Shown: one piece after another, positions 8,142 through 15,876 of the stretch
Layout of the letters: every line of letters begins with the position of its first letter
Position numbering within the stretch: position 1 is the first letter of the stretch
IMG/VR virus record: IMGVR_UViG_3300034420_000018
Coordinates: 1-36,209 of that record
Direction: 5' to 3' (one strand)
From: a virus
Lineage: Duplodnaviria > Caudoviricetes
Length of the DNA stretch: 36,209 bases
Notes under the pieces: model-generated
Told to the model about the DNA's origin: nothing
Databases searched by the model: none
What the model saw: the letters and a program-made list of their open reading frames with translations, nothing else
Program-made: the position numbers and the translations under genes

Positions 8142-8785
8142 TGCGGTGTCTCCGGTGAGGACGGGGCGGGGCGAAGGGCGGCAAGAACGTGAGCGGCCTC
8201 CTCGCCGTGGTGCTTGAGGTTGTAGCGCACGAAGCACTCGCTGAGTTCTGCCGATGTCATTCGCTTGAAATCCGCGCCACACGATGCACAAGAGAGTTCG
8301 CCGTCATCGCCGTACAAACACGCGCCATCAGCGCCGTGGCTGTGCTGGGCGAACGCCAGCTTACGCCAGTCCATGTCGCCCATGTCCTTGCGCAGCACCT
8401 TCCGCACGATCTGCCCGAGTTCGAGCCACGCCGCAGGTGTTCCCTGTCCGCCGCACATCTGGAGGTATACGCCAAGGCCGTTGATGAACGCGTCAAGCCG
8501 TTGCTTGTCGGTCACCTCCTCACTCACCTCCCCGCGCCCCTGCGGAGGGGACGAAAGGGCGGCGTCCCGCGTCTTGCGAATCTTCGGAAGGGCGGATTCA
8601 GCGTTACGGACACACTCTCGCCCCTGCTCAATGCTGGTGCCCTGCACGGGCATCGTCCCCTTCTGCAAACCGAAGAACCGCGCCGCCACGCCGACCGCTG
8701 CGTTGATGTCGAAGATTTCCAGATCGGTCAGCAGGTCATCGCTCGGTGTCTCGCTCACCGGACGCGGGGAGGGATTATCGGGCAT
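8138..8785 (-). CDS. Hypothetical modular protein
   Basis: MPDNPSPRP start with GGAGG RBS; LYGDDGELSCASCGADFKR module; PQGRGE linker. Confidence 0.7.
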   Translation of the reverse strand: MPDNPSPRPVSETPSDDLLTDLEIFDINAAVGVAARFFGLQKGTMPVQGTSIEQGRECVRNAESALPKIRKTRDAALSSPPQGRGEVSEEVTDKQRLDAFINGLGVYLQMCGGQGTPAAWLELGQIVRKVLRKDMGDMDWRKLAFAQHSHGADGACLYGDDGELSCASCGADFKRMTSAELSECFVRYNLKHHGEEAAHVLAALRPAPSSPETPQ

Positions 8786-8966
8786 CGCGTTGTGCCTCCA
8801 TCGGATCAGTGAAGCAGACGGCTTCCGCACGTCCGCAGAGAACGGCCCACGCATCGCGCAGACGCCACGACAGCGGGCCAGCCAGCGGCTTCGCCTTGAC
8901 GTAGGGGCCGAAGTGGTAGCTTGCCGCAGGCCAAGAATCGCTCGACAGATTGTCAGCGTTTATCAT
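8775..8966 (-). CDS. Small hypothetical phage protein
   Basis: YVKAKPL...WRLRDAWAVLCGRAEAV motif; AGGAG RBS. Confidence 0.7.
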   Translation of the reverse strand: MINADNLSSDSWPAASYHFGPYVKAKPLAGPLSWRLRDAWAVLCGRAEAVCFTDPMEAQRDAR

Positions 8967-9417
8967 CGTTCGGTTCTCCTGTGAGGGAAAGCGCGGCGTC
9001 GATCATCCGGTCGTACTGCTCTGGCGTGATCGGCACCTTCTCGCCCGTCAGTTCAAAGCGCGACTCAGGCACGGCACTTCGGATGTATCTGTACCGTGCC
9101 GCGTCCTGCGCCAGCGCGTCACGCTCACGGCGAAGTGCCTCGCGTTCGTCCACGTAGCCCTGCACGTCGCAGACAAGGCCGTGCATCCCCAGAACCTGAT
9201 CGGCGTTGCGAAGGTCGGTGCGTAGCCGTGCGATCTCCTGCCGTGCGGCGGCGAGGGCGTGATATGTGGCAAAGATGCGATCAATGAGCGCCGTAGCGAT
9301 GCAGCACTCCCCGCGCTGTTGATTGATGGTGCGGATCGCGTTCAAGATGCCAAAGTCGATGCGCTCCATCATCTCTGTCGGCTCTTCGGGGATCGGGTCG
9401 CTCGTCTGGGTGGTCAC
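8953..9417 (-). CDS. Hypothetical protein with Ead/Ea22-like C-terminal module
   Basis: AGGAG RBS and GTG 9417; coiled coil followed by DAARYRYIR...DRMIDAAL. Confidence 0.7.
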   Translation of the reverse strand: MTTQTSDPIPEEPTEMMERIDFGILNAIRTINQQRGECCIATALIDRIFATYHALAAARQEIARLRTDLRNADQVLGMHGLVCDVQGYVDEREALRRERDALAQDAARYRYIRSAVPESRFELTGEKVPITPEQYDRMIDAALSLTGEPNDDKR

Positions 9418-9782
9418 GGTTGCGTCTCCTTTTCGATTTCGCCGACGAAGTAGAGGGCGAGCGATGCCTTGCCGTTCTCGTGGTGGGGGGCGTAGAGCGC
9501 GAAACGCTTGGCGCGGTTCTCTGGCGCGCCCTGCGTAGACTCGCCCTTCCACTCCTCGCCTTCGACTTGCGCGGGGCCACTCGACCAGAATGTCATCATG
9601 TAGCGGGCCGACACGGACTCCTCCTTCTTCAGCTTCGCGGGCTTGACGGGGATACAGACGGGACAGCCCACCACGGCCACCCACGTTCCACCATCGTAGC
9701 GTCCGCCAATCAGCGGCATGGACGCCACGCCGAGAGAGCCTACCAGCGTAATCGGGTTCGGGGCCAGCTTCTTCGGGGTCAC
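9414..9782 (-). CDS. Hypothetical protein
   Basis: GGAGG RBS; first gene after the promoter at 9810-9838. Confidence 0.7.
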   Translation of the reverse strand: MTPKKLAPNPITLVGSLGVASMPLIGGRYDGGTWVAVVGCPVCIPVKPAKLKKEESVSARYMMTFWSSGPAQVEGEEWKGESTQGAPENRAKRFALYAPHHENGKASLALYFVGEIEKETQP

Positions 9783-9809
9783 GGTTTCGGGTTCCTCCGG
9801 TTGCGTGCT

Positions 9810-9838
9810 AACGTACAGTGGTTGTCGCGCGGTGTCAA
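9810..9838 (-). promoter_or_regulatory. Sigma70-type promoter (leftward)
   Basis: Minus strand TTGACA (9838-9833), 17 nt, TACGTT (9815-9810). Confidence 0.7.
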
Positions 9839-10166
9839 TAGGGGGACGCCTGAATCTTTCCTTTGGGGTGCGGTGGCGGCGGTGGCGAGTGTCCTCTTTT
9901 TACCACATCTTGCGCGATGCGTGGTGGTGCGTATCTTGGGCGGTGCCGCTACGGCGGTGGGGCGAACCCTCGGACGCTGGCTCCGGGCCGTTGAATCTCC
10001 GGCTTGGTGATCCCGTCAGGGAGTTTCCCGATCCATCAGTCCCACTGTCCTCTTTTTAGGACACGGGGGGTCGGGGGGCTTTCCTAGACGCTTCACCAAG
10101 CCGTTGCAGTTCGGTAACGCGGTAACGGACGTTATCGCACCCCAGGGCACCGGAGGGCGGGTCACG

Positions 10167-10424
10167 TCAAGAGTCCTCGCCGTACTGGGTCGGGATGTTC
10201 ACGTTTGGATGTTGCCTTTCACATTCGTTGCAACAGAAGATGTGCCCGTCTGACCGGCCCACGACGTACTGGTAGGGGTGCAGCGGCGAACGGCACCCAT
10301 CGCATCCGAGGGCGTCTCCGGTACTGCCGAGCGCGAAGTGGCACAAGGACAGGGGGGGCGGGGGTCCGTTCGTCGATTCTGGGGCATCCTCGCGCAACGG
10401 CGGGGCGTCTGGGGGGCGGGTCAC
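10167..10424 (-). CDS. Small zinc-finger-like protein
   Basis: CDGC...FCCNEC motif; GTGA overlap. Confidence 0.6.
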   Translation of the reverse strand: MTRPPDAPPLREDAPESTNGPPPPLSLCHFALGSTGDALGCDGCRSPLHPYQYVVGRSDGHIFCCNECERQHPNVNIPTQYGEDS

Positions 10425-11029
10425 GGGGCGTCCTCTGCTATTTCGGGGAATGCCGCCCGTAGGGCGCGGTCGAGGTCGGCATATGCCGTGGCATAGAACG
10501 CACGGTCATTTGGGGACAGTGGCTTGCTCCGCGTTGGGTGGAGGGAGTGGAACGCGGCGTCTACCCGAGAGCCCCACTCCCCGCCTTCTGCCGTCTCTGC
10601 GGGTTGGGGGTACTTGACGACCAGCATTCCCTCAGCCACGGCCTTGACCATCGGCCAGTATTGGGCGAAGGTGCCAGACCCCGTACCGATCTCGCACGCG
10701 CGCCCGTCTGACGTGCCGGGGCGGACGCGGAACGTCCAGAAGTGGGCGGGGAGCATCCCGATCAGGATGTCCACCTCGTAGTACGTCTTCCCGTCGTCCT
10801 CGTCCACCTCGCGGACGGTGCCGAGTAGTACGTCCTCGCCGTGCGGGAAGTGCTGGTCGAGGTTTGCGTCGGGGCAGACGGCGAGGATGGCGGGGCGGTC
10901 GTCGTGGTAAATGCGGTAGCACGACTCGAAACTGCGGGGCGGATAGGTCATATTCGCACCTCTCATCGTAGAAGGGTCTCCGCGCAGGGTGGCGGTGGCG
11001 CGGGCGTTGGCGTCGGCGCGGTCAGTCAC
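10421..11029 (-). CDS. Hypothetical protein
   Basis: 202-aa ORF; GGAGG RBS; coupled. Confidence 0.65.
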   Translation of the reverse strand: MTDRADANARATATLRGDPSTMRGANMTYPPRSFESCYRIYHDDRPAILAVCPDANLDQHFPHGEDVLLGTVREVDEDDGKTYYEVDILIGMLPAHFWTFRVRPGTSDGRACEIGTGSGTFAQYWPMVKAVAEGMLVVKYPQPAETAEGGEWGSRVDAAFHSLHPTRSKPLSPNDRAFYATAYADLDRALRAAFPEIAEDAP

Positions 11030-11295
11030 GGGGTATCCTCCGGCCAGATGTAGGCGTCAGCGGCGTCACAGAGGACGCGGACGTACTCACGGAAGTCGGG
11101 GATGGGCTTGCTCTGGTGATTGGCAAGGCTCAGGCCGACGACCCACTTGCTCCGGCGGGTCTTTCGGTTCCGGCTCAGGAAGGCAATCGGCGAGGCGGAT
11201 TCGTTCGGGGTGTTGTAGATGCGGACGAACACGCACGGGCCGGAATCGCCCCGCCGCCGCACTTCTGGGCGAAAACTCAGGGCGGCGTCAGTCAT
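11026..11295 (-). CDS. Hypothetical protein
   Basis: MTDAALSFRPEVRRRG; overlaps the upstream stop. Confidence 0.6.
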   Translation of the reverse strand: MTDAALSFRPEVRRRGDSGPCVFVRIYNTPNESASPIAFLSRNRKTRRSKWVVGLSLANHQSKPIPDFREYVRVLCDAADAYIWPEDTP

Positions 11296-12208
11296 CGGAC
11301 GGGGCCGATTCGGGAAAGGACTTGGCGAGCGCAAGGGACATGGCGTTCGACGCCGACTGCTGGCGGGGAATCTGCCGCTCGAACTCGGCAACGGCGATCC
11401 GCACCCGCTCGCCCCACGTCATCGGCGCGGGCTGGCGGTCGAGGGCGTCGGCAAGGGCGCGGCACTCGTTGGCAGCAAAGTTGCGGTCGCCGAAGCTCTT
11501 GCGGATGTCCTTGTGGGCGAGGGCGTCAACCCTTGTGGCGGCTTCCCGCAACACGCGGGCGATGTTGGCGGGGGAGGTATCGGGGGTGTTAGGCGACATG
11601 CGCACTTCCTCCACGAGTTCGGGCCAGTCGGCGGCGTAGTCGATGGGTTCGCCCTTGATGGTCAAGGCGATATTTACGGCAAGCGTTCCAGCATCGAGTC
11701 CGTAGCCCCAACGGGTCAGGGGTACGTCGGGGATGTTCGGGTCTTCGCGGTTGATGGGCTGCACGCGAACCTCGCCCCCGTTGTCGGTCAGGAGCCACCA
11801 GCGATAGCCCGTTTCATCGCCGGTGTAGGCAGTTGCGACTATCTGCCCACCTTCGCCAACGGGCGCGATGTGGCGGTAGCCATATCCTTTCGTGAGTACC
11901 GTCAGAATGTCGGCCCATAGTTCGGGGGACATCTTGTACGTGCCAGTATTGAAGCGGGCGGGCAGCGTTGCGGGGGTGTTCACAGTGGCACCTCTGATCG
12001 TAGGGTTAGCGGGCATTTGGGGGAGTCTCGGGAGGGGTGCGGTTACGGGGTGGGCGTAGAGTGGAACGGGGGAATACGGCGTGCGGTTGTCGGGGGTTCT
12101 GTTGCACGCTTCGGCACACTCCCTTGCGAGGTCATAGTCGAGCGTCGGCTGGCCCCGTAGTCGCCCCGTCCTATCCGCAATCATCCAGGCCACGGGAGCG
12201 GGGGTCAT
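11288..12208 (-). CDS. Tri-modular hypothetical protein (possibly three in-frame genes)
   Basis: PVAW...PLYAHP module; internal in-frame RBS+start at 11983 and 11599; last module is paralogous to 12503..12775. Confidence 0.6.
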   Translation of the reverse strand: MTPAPVAWMIADRTGRLRGQPTLDYDLARECAEACNRTPDNRTPYSPVPLYAHPVTAPLPRLPQMPANPTIRGATVNTPATLPARFNTGTYKMSPELWADILTVLTKGYGYRHIAPVGEGGQIVATAYTGDETGYRWWLLTDNGGEVRVQPINREDPNIPDVPLTRWGYGLDAGTLAVNIALTIKGEPIDYAADWPELVEEVRMSPNTPDTSPANIARVLREAATRVDALAHKDIRKSFGDRNFAANECRALADALDRQPAPMTWGERVRIAVAEFERQIPRQQSASNAMSLALAKSFPESAPSDD

Positions 12209-12474
12209 TCGAGGGTCAGGCGTTCGAGGGCTTCCCACGCCTCCCCCGCCCCGCCCACTTCGGCGGCGGTCGCGGCATCGTCTAGGGCGGACGCGGCCTC
12301 TTGCATCTCGCCTCCTCGGTCAGCGCCTTGCAGACTGTCAGGCAGGTTGTCGTAACTCTCCTGCTCGCGGTCGGCAAGGTCGCGCAACTCTGATCCCAAG
12401 TCCTCGATCTTCAGTTTGTAGCCCTCCAACTCCGTGCGAATGACGGCAAGTCGGGCGCGGTCTTTGGCTTTCAT
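12205..12474 (-). CDS. Acidic helical phage protein
   Basis: EQESYDNLPDSLQGADRGGEMQEA motif common in small early phage proteins. Confidence 0.8.
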   Translation of the reverse strand: MKAKDRARLAVIRTELEGYKLKIEDLGSELRDLADREQESYDNLPDSLQGADRGGEMQEAASALDDAATAAEVGGAGEAWEALERLTLE

Positions 12475-12502
12475 TGCTAGTCCTCAGTTGACGGGTAGAC
12501 GG

Positions 12503-12775
12503 TTACGGGGTGAGGAGGGTGAGGAGGGCGGAGGTCGCGGCGATTGTTGCGGTTCGGCGTTCGACATAGGTCAGGATGCCCGCCGCCTCGACAATGGTGT
12601 CTATCGCCACTTCGACGGCTACGGGGTCCGGGTCGGGCGTAGCGTCGAGGGAGGCGGCAAGGGCGCGAAGCTCCGCGCTGGCGAACCCCTTCCCGTCGCG
12701 GCGTTCGATGGCATCGGCGTGACTCCGTAGCACGCGGGCAACATTGGTGCGGCTAGTGTCTGTGGTATTGGGCAT
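12503..12775 (-). CDS. Hypothetical protein
   Basis: GAGGTG RBS; paralog of the C-terminal module of 11288..12208. Confidence 0.75.
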   Translation of the reverse strand: MPNTTDTSRTNVARVLRSHADAIERRDGKGFASAELRALAASLDATPDPDPVAVEVAIDTIVEAAGILTYVERRTATIAATSALLTLLTP

Positions 12776-12790
12776 TTCGGTATCACACCT

Positions 12791-12997
12791 CTAGGCAGAA
12801 AGTGAGTTGTTACGGAGAATGCCGTTACAGATGGCGCACACCTGATGAGAGCCCGCGCCATAGTGCTGGCAAGTGACTAAGATGACCTCTAAGGGGTGCG
12901 CCAGCGAGATAACGGCGGCAGCTTGGATAGCTTCCCGCTGGCGGGTGAAGCCGGAGAGGAGCGTCGTGCCGGATGGGGTTTCGATCTCAAATAGCAC
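12791..12997 (-). CDS. Hypothetical protein
   Basis: GGGAG RBS before GTG; 68 aa. Confidence 0.6.
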   Translation of the reverse strand: MLFEIETPSGTTLLSGFTRQREAIQAAAVISLAHPLEVILVTCQHYGAGSHQVCAICNGILRNNSLSA

Positions 12998-13132
12998 GAG
13001 CTTGCTCCCTCTCAGGGTGTAAGACAGCGGGGACTAGCGGGCTAGTGGGGCGGCTTGCTATGTTGCGGTGTCGGCCCTGCCACGTGTAGGAGCCGTTACG
13101 GGGGCGCCGCCACAATGGGGCGTCTCTAGCTT

Positions 13133-13324
13133 TTACTTGGGAACCTTGAAAGAGGTTTGGGTCACGCGGGTATCGAGGTAGAGGCGTCCACCCTTGCCCG
13201 CCTTAAGTAGCTCGCCCGTCCCGGCGTGCGCGGCGATGTAGCGGACTTCCCGCATCGCGTCCGTGCGGTTGTCAAAGGCTTTCTGCTGCTCGCCAGCGCC
13301 GTCCTGCGCGATGAAGGTTGTCAC
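13133..13324 (-). CDS. Hypothetical protein
   Basis: AGGAG RBS before GTG; 63 aa. Confidence 0.65.
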   Translation of the reverse strand: MTTFIAQDGAGEQQKAFDNRTDAMREVRYIAAHAGTGELLKAGKGGRLYLDTRVTQTSFKVPK

Positions 13325-13424
13325 GGTGCCGCACTCCTAAGTGAAAGAATACCAACGGGTTGACTACGGATAGCTGGCGGTGGGGTTGAGCCGTCGCGCC
13401 GGGATCGCGCCCGCCAGCGAGGTG

Positions 13425-13808
13425 CTAGGCGAGGTAGATGAGTCCGTCATCCCCAACGTACAGGTCGCACTCTCCAATGGCGTGCGCGGCGTCAGTCAGG
13501 GCATCGCCGTAGCCGTTCCAATCGCCATCCCAGAACCCGGCGCCGTGCCGATTCTGGGTTAGCCAAAGATCGTGCGCCACCTGAGTGTCATTATTGCCCG
13601 TTTCCTCCATCGCATCGGCCAGCAGTCCGGCGTTGGTCGAGAGGAACCCGGCCAGCATTTCGGCCATTCGTTCCCGCGCAGAGGGGGCGAGGGTTGCCGG
13701 GGACTGGTCCAACGGGGTGCCGGTATCGCCAGCCGAGGACCACAGGGCGCACTCGATATATGCGTCAAGCATTTCGGGGTTGAGCGTCAGGATATGATAC
13801 GCGGTCAT
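13425..13808 (-). CDS. Conserved early phage protein (HDxWLTxNxHGAGFWD family)
   Basis: YIECALWSS and VAHDLWLTQNRHGAGFWDGDW motifs; first gene of the leftward arm. Confidence 0.8.
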   Translation of the reverse strand: MTAYHILTLNPEMLDAYIECALWSSAGDTGTPLDQSPATLAPSARERMAEMLAGFLSTNAGLLADAMEETGNNDTQVAHDLWLTQNRHGAGFWDGDWNGYGDALTDAAHAIGECDLYVGDDGLIYLA

Positions 13809-13858
13809 TGTTCGGGTCTCTCGTTCTTAGGTGTCAGCCGGTGTCCTGATACGAGAGG

Positions 13859-13887
13859 ATAATGGGGGAAGCCAAGCCCGCGCGCAA
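13859..13887 (-). promoter_or_regulatory. Leftward early promoter
   Basis: Minus strand TTGCGC (13887-13882), 17 nt, CATTAT (13864-13859); same -10 as the promoter at 2147. Confidence 0.55.
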
Positions 13888-13902
13888 GTGATCCACGTCA
13901 CA
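13887..13902. promoter_or_regulatory. CRP/FNR-family-like binding site
   Basis: AGTGA-tccacg-TCACA, 9/10 match to TGTGA-N6-TCACA, abutting the -35 of the leftward promoter. Confidence 0.45.
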
Positions 13903-13966
13903 ATACCATGTCCGACTTTCCCTGATTCTTGTTGACGCATATCGCACCCCTGACGACCGCCGCACA

Positions 13967-13995
13967 TTGCAATACCGCACCCCTTGACCTATTAT
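13967..13995 (+). promoter_or_regulatory. Rightward promoter for the packaging/virion arm
   Basis: TTGCAA (13967-13972), 17 nt, TATTAT (13990-13995). Confidence 0.6.
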
Positions 13996-14031
13996 GTCTC
14001 CATGTTGGGGATACCATAACCGCGAGAGGCT

Positions 14032-14283
14032 ATGGACGGACTCACGTCAGACGATATCGCCGCCCGACGCATCCATCGCACCCTGGCTGGGCCCAAGCCA
14101 TTCAGCGACCCACTCGGCCGACTCATCGCCCCGACCGTCCCGCCTGAGCCAGCAGACTCACCAGACAGCGCCAAGTACCGGCGACGCCAGCACCGCCTCA
14201 GGGTCCGACGCTCCCTCGAACTCCTCGCCATCCTGACCGGCAACGAATCGCTTCAACGCGCCCTCGCGCATTCGCACCCCTAA
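14032..14283 (+). CDS. Hypothetical basic protein
   Basis: GAGAGG RBS; TAATG overlap with terS. Confidence 0.65.
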   Translation: MDGLTSDDIAARRIHRTLAGPKPFSDPLGRLIAPTVPPEPADSPDSAKYRRRQHRLRVRRSLELLAILTGNESLQRALAHSHP

Positions 14284-14771
14284 TGCCCCAGCTATTCGAC
14301 CCGGCAAAGTACGAAACCTTCATCCAAGCCGTCGAGGAAGGGGAAACCGTCAAGACCGCTTGCCAACGCTCTACCGTTGCTTGGCGTACCGTCTCCCGGT
14401 GGATCGCCGACGACGCCAACGTCACGCTAGACGGGGAACCGGCGGGCGCACGCTACGCACGGGCGCGTTCCGTTAGCGCGGAACTGTGGGCGGACAAAGC
14501 AGTTACGGCGGCAGAGGACGCGCGGGATAAGGACGACGCGCAGGTCGCCCGGGTCAAGGTGGACGTCTATAAGTGGCGTGCCGCAATGGCGAACCCCAAG
14601 GAGTACGGGGAGCGCCGCAACGTCGAGGTATCAGGCTCAGTCTCGCACCTGCACCTCGATGCGCTCAGAGCACTCAACGCCAAGCCACACGTGACCGCAC
14701 GTATCGCATCAGGTGACGATACGCAACCCGTTACCGCGCAAGACGATACGCCGCTGCCCGGGACCGCGTAA
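14283..14771 (+). CDS. terS: Terminase small subunit (Sf6 gp1-like)
   Basis: N-terminal HTH, YARAR...ADKA, VARVKVDVYKWRAAMANPKEYGER; position upstream of TerL. Confidence 0.88.
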   Translation: MPQLFDPAKYETFIQAVEEGETVKTACQRSTVAWRTVSRWIADDANVTLDGEPAGARYARARSVSAELWADKAVTAAEDARDKDDAQVARVKVDVYKWRAAMANPKEYGERRNVEVSGSVSHLHLDALRALNAKPHVTARIASGDDTQPVTAQDDTPLPGTA

Positions 14772-14954
14772 CCGTAGCCGAGGGGGCGATAGGCCCCCCG
14801 TCATCGTGGGCGAGGGGGCGGGTCTGTATGGGGGTCATCTGGGAGCGCGGCCCCCTCGTTTCCGTGGGTACGTGGTAACGCGGGGTCGAAAAATGGGGCG
14901 GATACGGCGTGACCCCCCGATTCTGTGGCTGACTATCACACTTGGCGAGAAAAA

Positions 14955-15203
14955 ATGGCCAGAAATACGCGGTTTTCGGGGGTCGGTATCACAGTTGGTT
15001 CGATTTCGGTCATTTTGTCCCTAATGACGGCGTGTATGGGGGCAACGGAGCCGAGGCGGAGCTTGCCGGTGGAGGGGGATTCGGTGGTGGTGCGGCCTGT
15101 GGGGAGTACGCCGACGGAGCCGGGGGAGGGGGTGGTGAGGTGTGATGTGGAGCGGGTCGTGGGGTCGGTCTGCTGGATCGTGACGGACTCGGTGCGGCCC
15201 TGA
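14955..15203 (+). CDS. Putative lipoprotein
   Basis: Basic N-terminus, hydrophobic stretch and LMTAC lipobox-like motif; start uncertain. Confidence 0.45.
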   Translation: MARNTRFSGVGITVGSISVILSLMTACMGATEPRRSLPVEGDSVVVRPVGSTPTEPGEGVVRCDVERVVGSVCWIVTDSVRP

Positions 15204-15299
15204 GTAGTTTCGCGCAGGGCATTGAGTAGGCGGTATATCGGCTTGTGGTCACGTCGGCCACCACGGGAAGCGCCGACATTCGTTTGGAGGTAGAACCCA

Positions 15300-15437
15300 A
15301 TGAGGAAGTGCATTAAGCAGTTGGCCCAAGGGGCGGCTGATGCGACGACAAGCGAGGACGCCATGCGGTTCTCGCAGGCGGCGAGCAATATGGCCCATGC
15401 CATGGAATCGCTGGTCGAGGCCGAACGAACAAGGTAG
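15300..15437 (+). CDS. Small helical protein (45 aa)
   Basis: GGAGGT RBS; MRKCIKQLAQGAADATTSEDAMRFSQAASNMAHAMESLVEAERTR (below the ORF-track cutoff). Confidence 0.7.
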   Translation: MRKCIKQLAQGAADATTSEDAMRFSQAASNMAHAMESLVEAERTR

Positions 15438-15516
15438 CGAGGATGCAGTACCCCGGTTGGCACATCGGCTGACGGGGAAGCTGGGGGATTGGGAGTGGCT
15501 TTCTTAGGAGGCGGGT

Positions 15517-15873
15517 ATGCCAGCGGTCAAGGAGTGGGGGGACCAGAGTTTTACGGTGCCAGCGGCCTCGGGGTCGTACGCGCCGGAGCGGTGGACGTTT
15601 GGTGACGTGAAGGCGGGGCAGCCGTGGGACGCCTTTCAGGGAGTGACGGCCTCGGTGCACACGTCGGTGGCGACGATGGTGGTGGAGTTGTGGATCATGC
15701 GGACCGGGGCGACGAAGGGGTCGGTGATTGACGGGGACTACAAGTACTCGGGCAAGTCGTTTGGGGCGACGGGGATGGAGACGTGGGCCTTGGCCGCGTA
15801 TCCGGGCGGGCAGATTCGGGTGAAGTCGGGAGGCACGGCGGGCACGGCGGTCGTGTCCTGCTCGGCGTTTTAG
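15517..15873 (+). CDS. Hypothetical beta-rich protein, probably virion-associated
   Basis: AGGAGG RBS; G/T/S-rich; upstream of the fibre gene. Confidence 0.75.
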   Translation: MPAVKEWGDQSFTVPAASGSYAPERWTFGDVKAGQPWDAFQGVTASVHTSVATMVVELWIMRTGATKGSVIDGDYKYSGKSFGATGMETWALAAYPGGQIRVKSGGTAGTAVVSCSAF

Positions 15874-15876
15874 CGC

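Noticed and set aside
14772-14950. pac/cos site in the GC-rich hairpin region after terS
   Set aside because: The position is plausible, but no diagnostic sequence is visible; read-end data would be needed.
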